Shown: one piece after another, positions 61,594 to 64,000 of the stretch
How positions within the stretch are numbered: the stretch's first letter is position 1
Layout: every line of letters begins with the position of its first letter
NCBI GenBank assembly: GCA_965202585.1
Contig: OZ241830.1
Location: forward strand, 77,066,001-77,130,000
Direction: 5' to 3'
Length of the DNA: 64,000 nt
From: Thalia democratica
Taxonomy: Eukaryota
Made by a program: the position numbers and the translations under genes
Notes under the pieces: model-generated
Seen by the model: the letters and a program-made list of their open reading frames with translations, nothing else
The model's database searches: none
What the model was told of the DNA's origin: nothing

Positions 61594-63786
61594 TCAAAGT
61601 TCGCGCTCGCAAATAAACGGTAACCAGTAGTCGCCCCTGTTGACCAACTTGTGGTGCTTATTATATTCATATGTGTTTAGTCCAGCCGGATCGTAAATCC
61701 AGTAGACGTACGGAAGTGCTGACGGGGTGTCGTAGAGCTCAAGGACTTCTATTTCGACCTCTTGACCGTCGCCAACGCGCTTCCAACTGCCCGAAGAAGA
61801 ATCGAACGTGATGCCCAGTTTTAATGGGAACTCCTCCACGATGCCTAGAGCGTCCTCCAACTCCCTGTAAACGTGTATTTTGAGTGGTAACTTGGCACGA
61901 GCTGTTAAACGTACCAGAAAGCTCTTAGTTTTTATTTTTTGAATAAAATGCTTTTCAACAAATGATAGAAAAAATATACTGGCTAAATTCAAACAGAGTT
62001 GATACTGTAAAAGTAAACTTTATTAAAAAAAAAACAGTATGCGTTGCACAATTGCCGGTAAACAAAACAGTTTACATGTTTTTCTCTTGACAAGCTGATG
62101 CACATATTTTAGGTTTTGTTAAACTTTCACTAACTGTCTGCCTTCCTCCGTGTAAACCCTGGGGACGTACTGGATGACGTCTCCCTGGTACGTTTCCAGG
62201 CAGTACTGCCTAGCATCATCCAAATTCATATTTTGATTAACAAACCAATGTTGATATTCTGCAAAACGAGGATAAACTTTGACGGTCAATCCGCTCGGAT
62301 TTTATTTAAAAACGTTAACAAGTTTGTGAATATATTTTTTTTTTGTACTTTTGATTTTTCAGCACAGTTAAGACTTTTGACAATTTTAAACATACCTTTG
62401 ACGCCGGAGTCCAAATTTGCAACTGAAAAATATTTTTGTTCAATTAAAGTAAAATAATTAAAGAACCTGTACACATAGTAAAAAGTAAAAAATGAGCGTT
62501 TGAACTTTAATATTTCTGAAATGATTGCAGTTAGAACGTTGGCATCATAGTTGAAAGAAAAATTTAACTCTACAGTTTTTTAACCCTAATTAGTAAATAT
62601 TAAGTATCTAAACTAAATTTAAAAAAAGAGATAATTTTTTTTGTAGATCATATTTATATTTCGGTCGAAAGAAACCACATATATATGATATTTTTACTAA
62701 ATAAAAAATAAAACATAACAAGTTTATTTTCAACATAAGAAAAGTATAAACATAGTAAACATTATAAAATATACTGAAACATAAAAGTTACTTTAAAAAA
62801 AACAGTTGGCAAGACTTACAATGGAATTTCATATTAAAGCAGCTGTTAAGGACATCATCCCAGCAACACCCCACGCGAATGCATTCGGCTCTGGTTATAA
62901 GTTCGATTTAATAAAACAGTCAAGTTTTTGTTGTGTGTGTGAGTGAGTAAAAATTTTTTTTTAATTTGTGGTATATTCTTGGCGACTTTGAAAGACAACT
63001 AATAATAAATAAATAAATTCTGTTTATACATTTAATAAAGTTACTGTATTGTTGTTATTTAATAGAACTTAAAATTTTTTGTTTAAATAATTTTTTTGCA
63101 GTTAAATAAAATAAACATATTGATTTCATTTACAATTATATGTTTGGGTATTAAAAGCACCTTACACATTAATACATAAATCTTTTTCTTTTATGATATA
63201 CTTTTTTTTTTTCGCAAACACAGCATAGCTGTTCATATTTACGGGCATTTGTTTAGAAGTTAGAAGCATCTCCAAACATCAAAACTTTTGTATACAAAAC
63301 AATATAATTAAATAAACATTTATATTACTTAAACTGTTTTTTGTTCCGAAAAAAGGATTTTTTTTTGGGACAGTTTGGTATTTACTTCCTTTAGTATGTA
63401 AGCATGATTATCTACATTTTGTTTAATAACTCACTTCGGTTAATTAAAAACAAACGTTATTTTAAAGACAAACATACTGCGGCGTACGCACTTGGTCACC
63501 TTGATCGTGAAAAAGTCAAAACTTTAAAACTAACTTTTTTTTCCGTGTCATAGTTGCATTTTTCGTTCGCGTCACACGAGGTCGTAAAAGACGATTCACC
63601 GGCATTTTCTGTTTGGAATGTTAAAATTAAGTTGAAAACATCAAAAGTTCAACATCGAAACTTCAAAACCCAAAGAACCGACTCACTTAAAGCGTTCAAG
63701 GGTGAAGCGGTCGCGGCGAACTCCAAGCTGAGGCAGTCGGCTTGGACAATCAGCAAGATGGCGGCGACACAAAAAGTCCCTTTCAT
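61594..63786 (-). CDS. Secreted protein with a trefoil (P-type)-like segment and a C-terminal atypical C-type lectin domain
   Basis: Exons 63786-63687 (signal peptide MKGTFCVAAILLIVQADC), 63608-63535, 63499-63478, probably 63388-63329, then 62890-62820 (AECIRVGCCWDDVLNSCF), 62422-62396, 62258-62135 (MNLDDARQYC..GD), 61864-61594 (LGITFD..GSWKRVGDG..FICEREL*). The junction into the trefoil exon is not resolved. Confidence 0.75.
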
Positions 63787-63934
63787 GGTTCATTGAATTC
63801 TTAAAACAACTTAAATTTAAAACTGAAAATACGAGCAGACACTGAAAAAAAATTGTCAAAGGTTAAAACTTTGGTTTGATATGATTCTAAAATAACGGTC
63901 ATGCTTTGTCTCGATTGTAAAGTGTTTTAAACAG

Positions 63935-64000
63935 CAGTAAAGTTTAAGTTTTTATAACAGTTACTGTCAGTACAAAAGTCTGTTTGTTCAAATAAAATGT
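63935..64000 (+). repeat. Interspersed repeat fragment shared with about 36093-36160 (runs off the window end)
   Basis: ataacagttactgtcagtacaaaagtctgtttg(t)caaataaaatgt occurs at both sites. Confidence 0.7.

Noticed and set aside
63554-63796. Plus-strand 80-aa ORF in the GC-rich island
   Set aside because: Antisense to the well-formed signal-peptide exon and exon 2 of the lectin gene.

Overview
Very AT-rich, intron-containing eukaryotic (invertebrate animal) DNA. It is not prokaryotic or viral; I found no CRISPR array, rRNA or intact tRNA. A tunicate-like source is only inferred from the gene types. Three host genes were reconstructed by hand from phase-consistent GT-AG exons. (1) A BUD22/SRFBP1-family gene (+, about 1.6-7.8 kb); its last exon is duplicated almost unchanged at 14.5 kb inside an otherwise strongly diverged ~7 kb tandem duplication. 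(2) A membrane mucin (+, 26.2-35.1 kb: signal peptide, ~135 x 11-aa PTS repeats, EGF, SEA-like region, 2 EGF, TM, Tyr-rich tail), broken here by one frameshift, five nonsense codons in the repeats and a TGA at an EGF cysteine. (3) A secreted protein with a trefoil-like half domain and an atypical C-type lectin domain (-, 63.8-61.6 kb). A 5'-truncated copy of the lectin gene at 42.7-44.4 kb lies directly downstream of an inverted fragment of the mucin gene, in the same orientation and with compatible splice phases. This candidate PTS-EGF-lectin chimera is the most interesting structure in the window. The rest is transposon-rich: a near-intact CR1-like LINE, two Penelope-like elements with degenerate hammerhead ribozyme motifs (one forms a 1.2 kb palindrome whose GIY-YIG ORF the ORF track missed), a CAGGGTTGCC-ended DNA transposon family with 6-bp target duplications, Kolobok-, hAT- and Tc1-like MITEs, tRNA-SINE-like fragments and a 161-bp satellite. 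No database searches or alignments were run; family names come from motif recognition.
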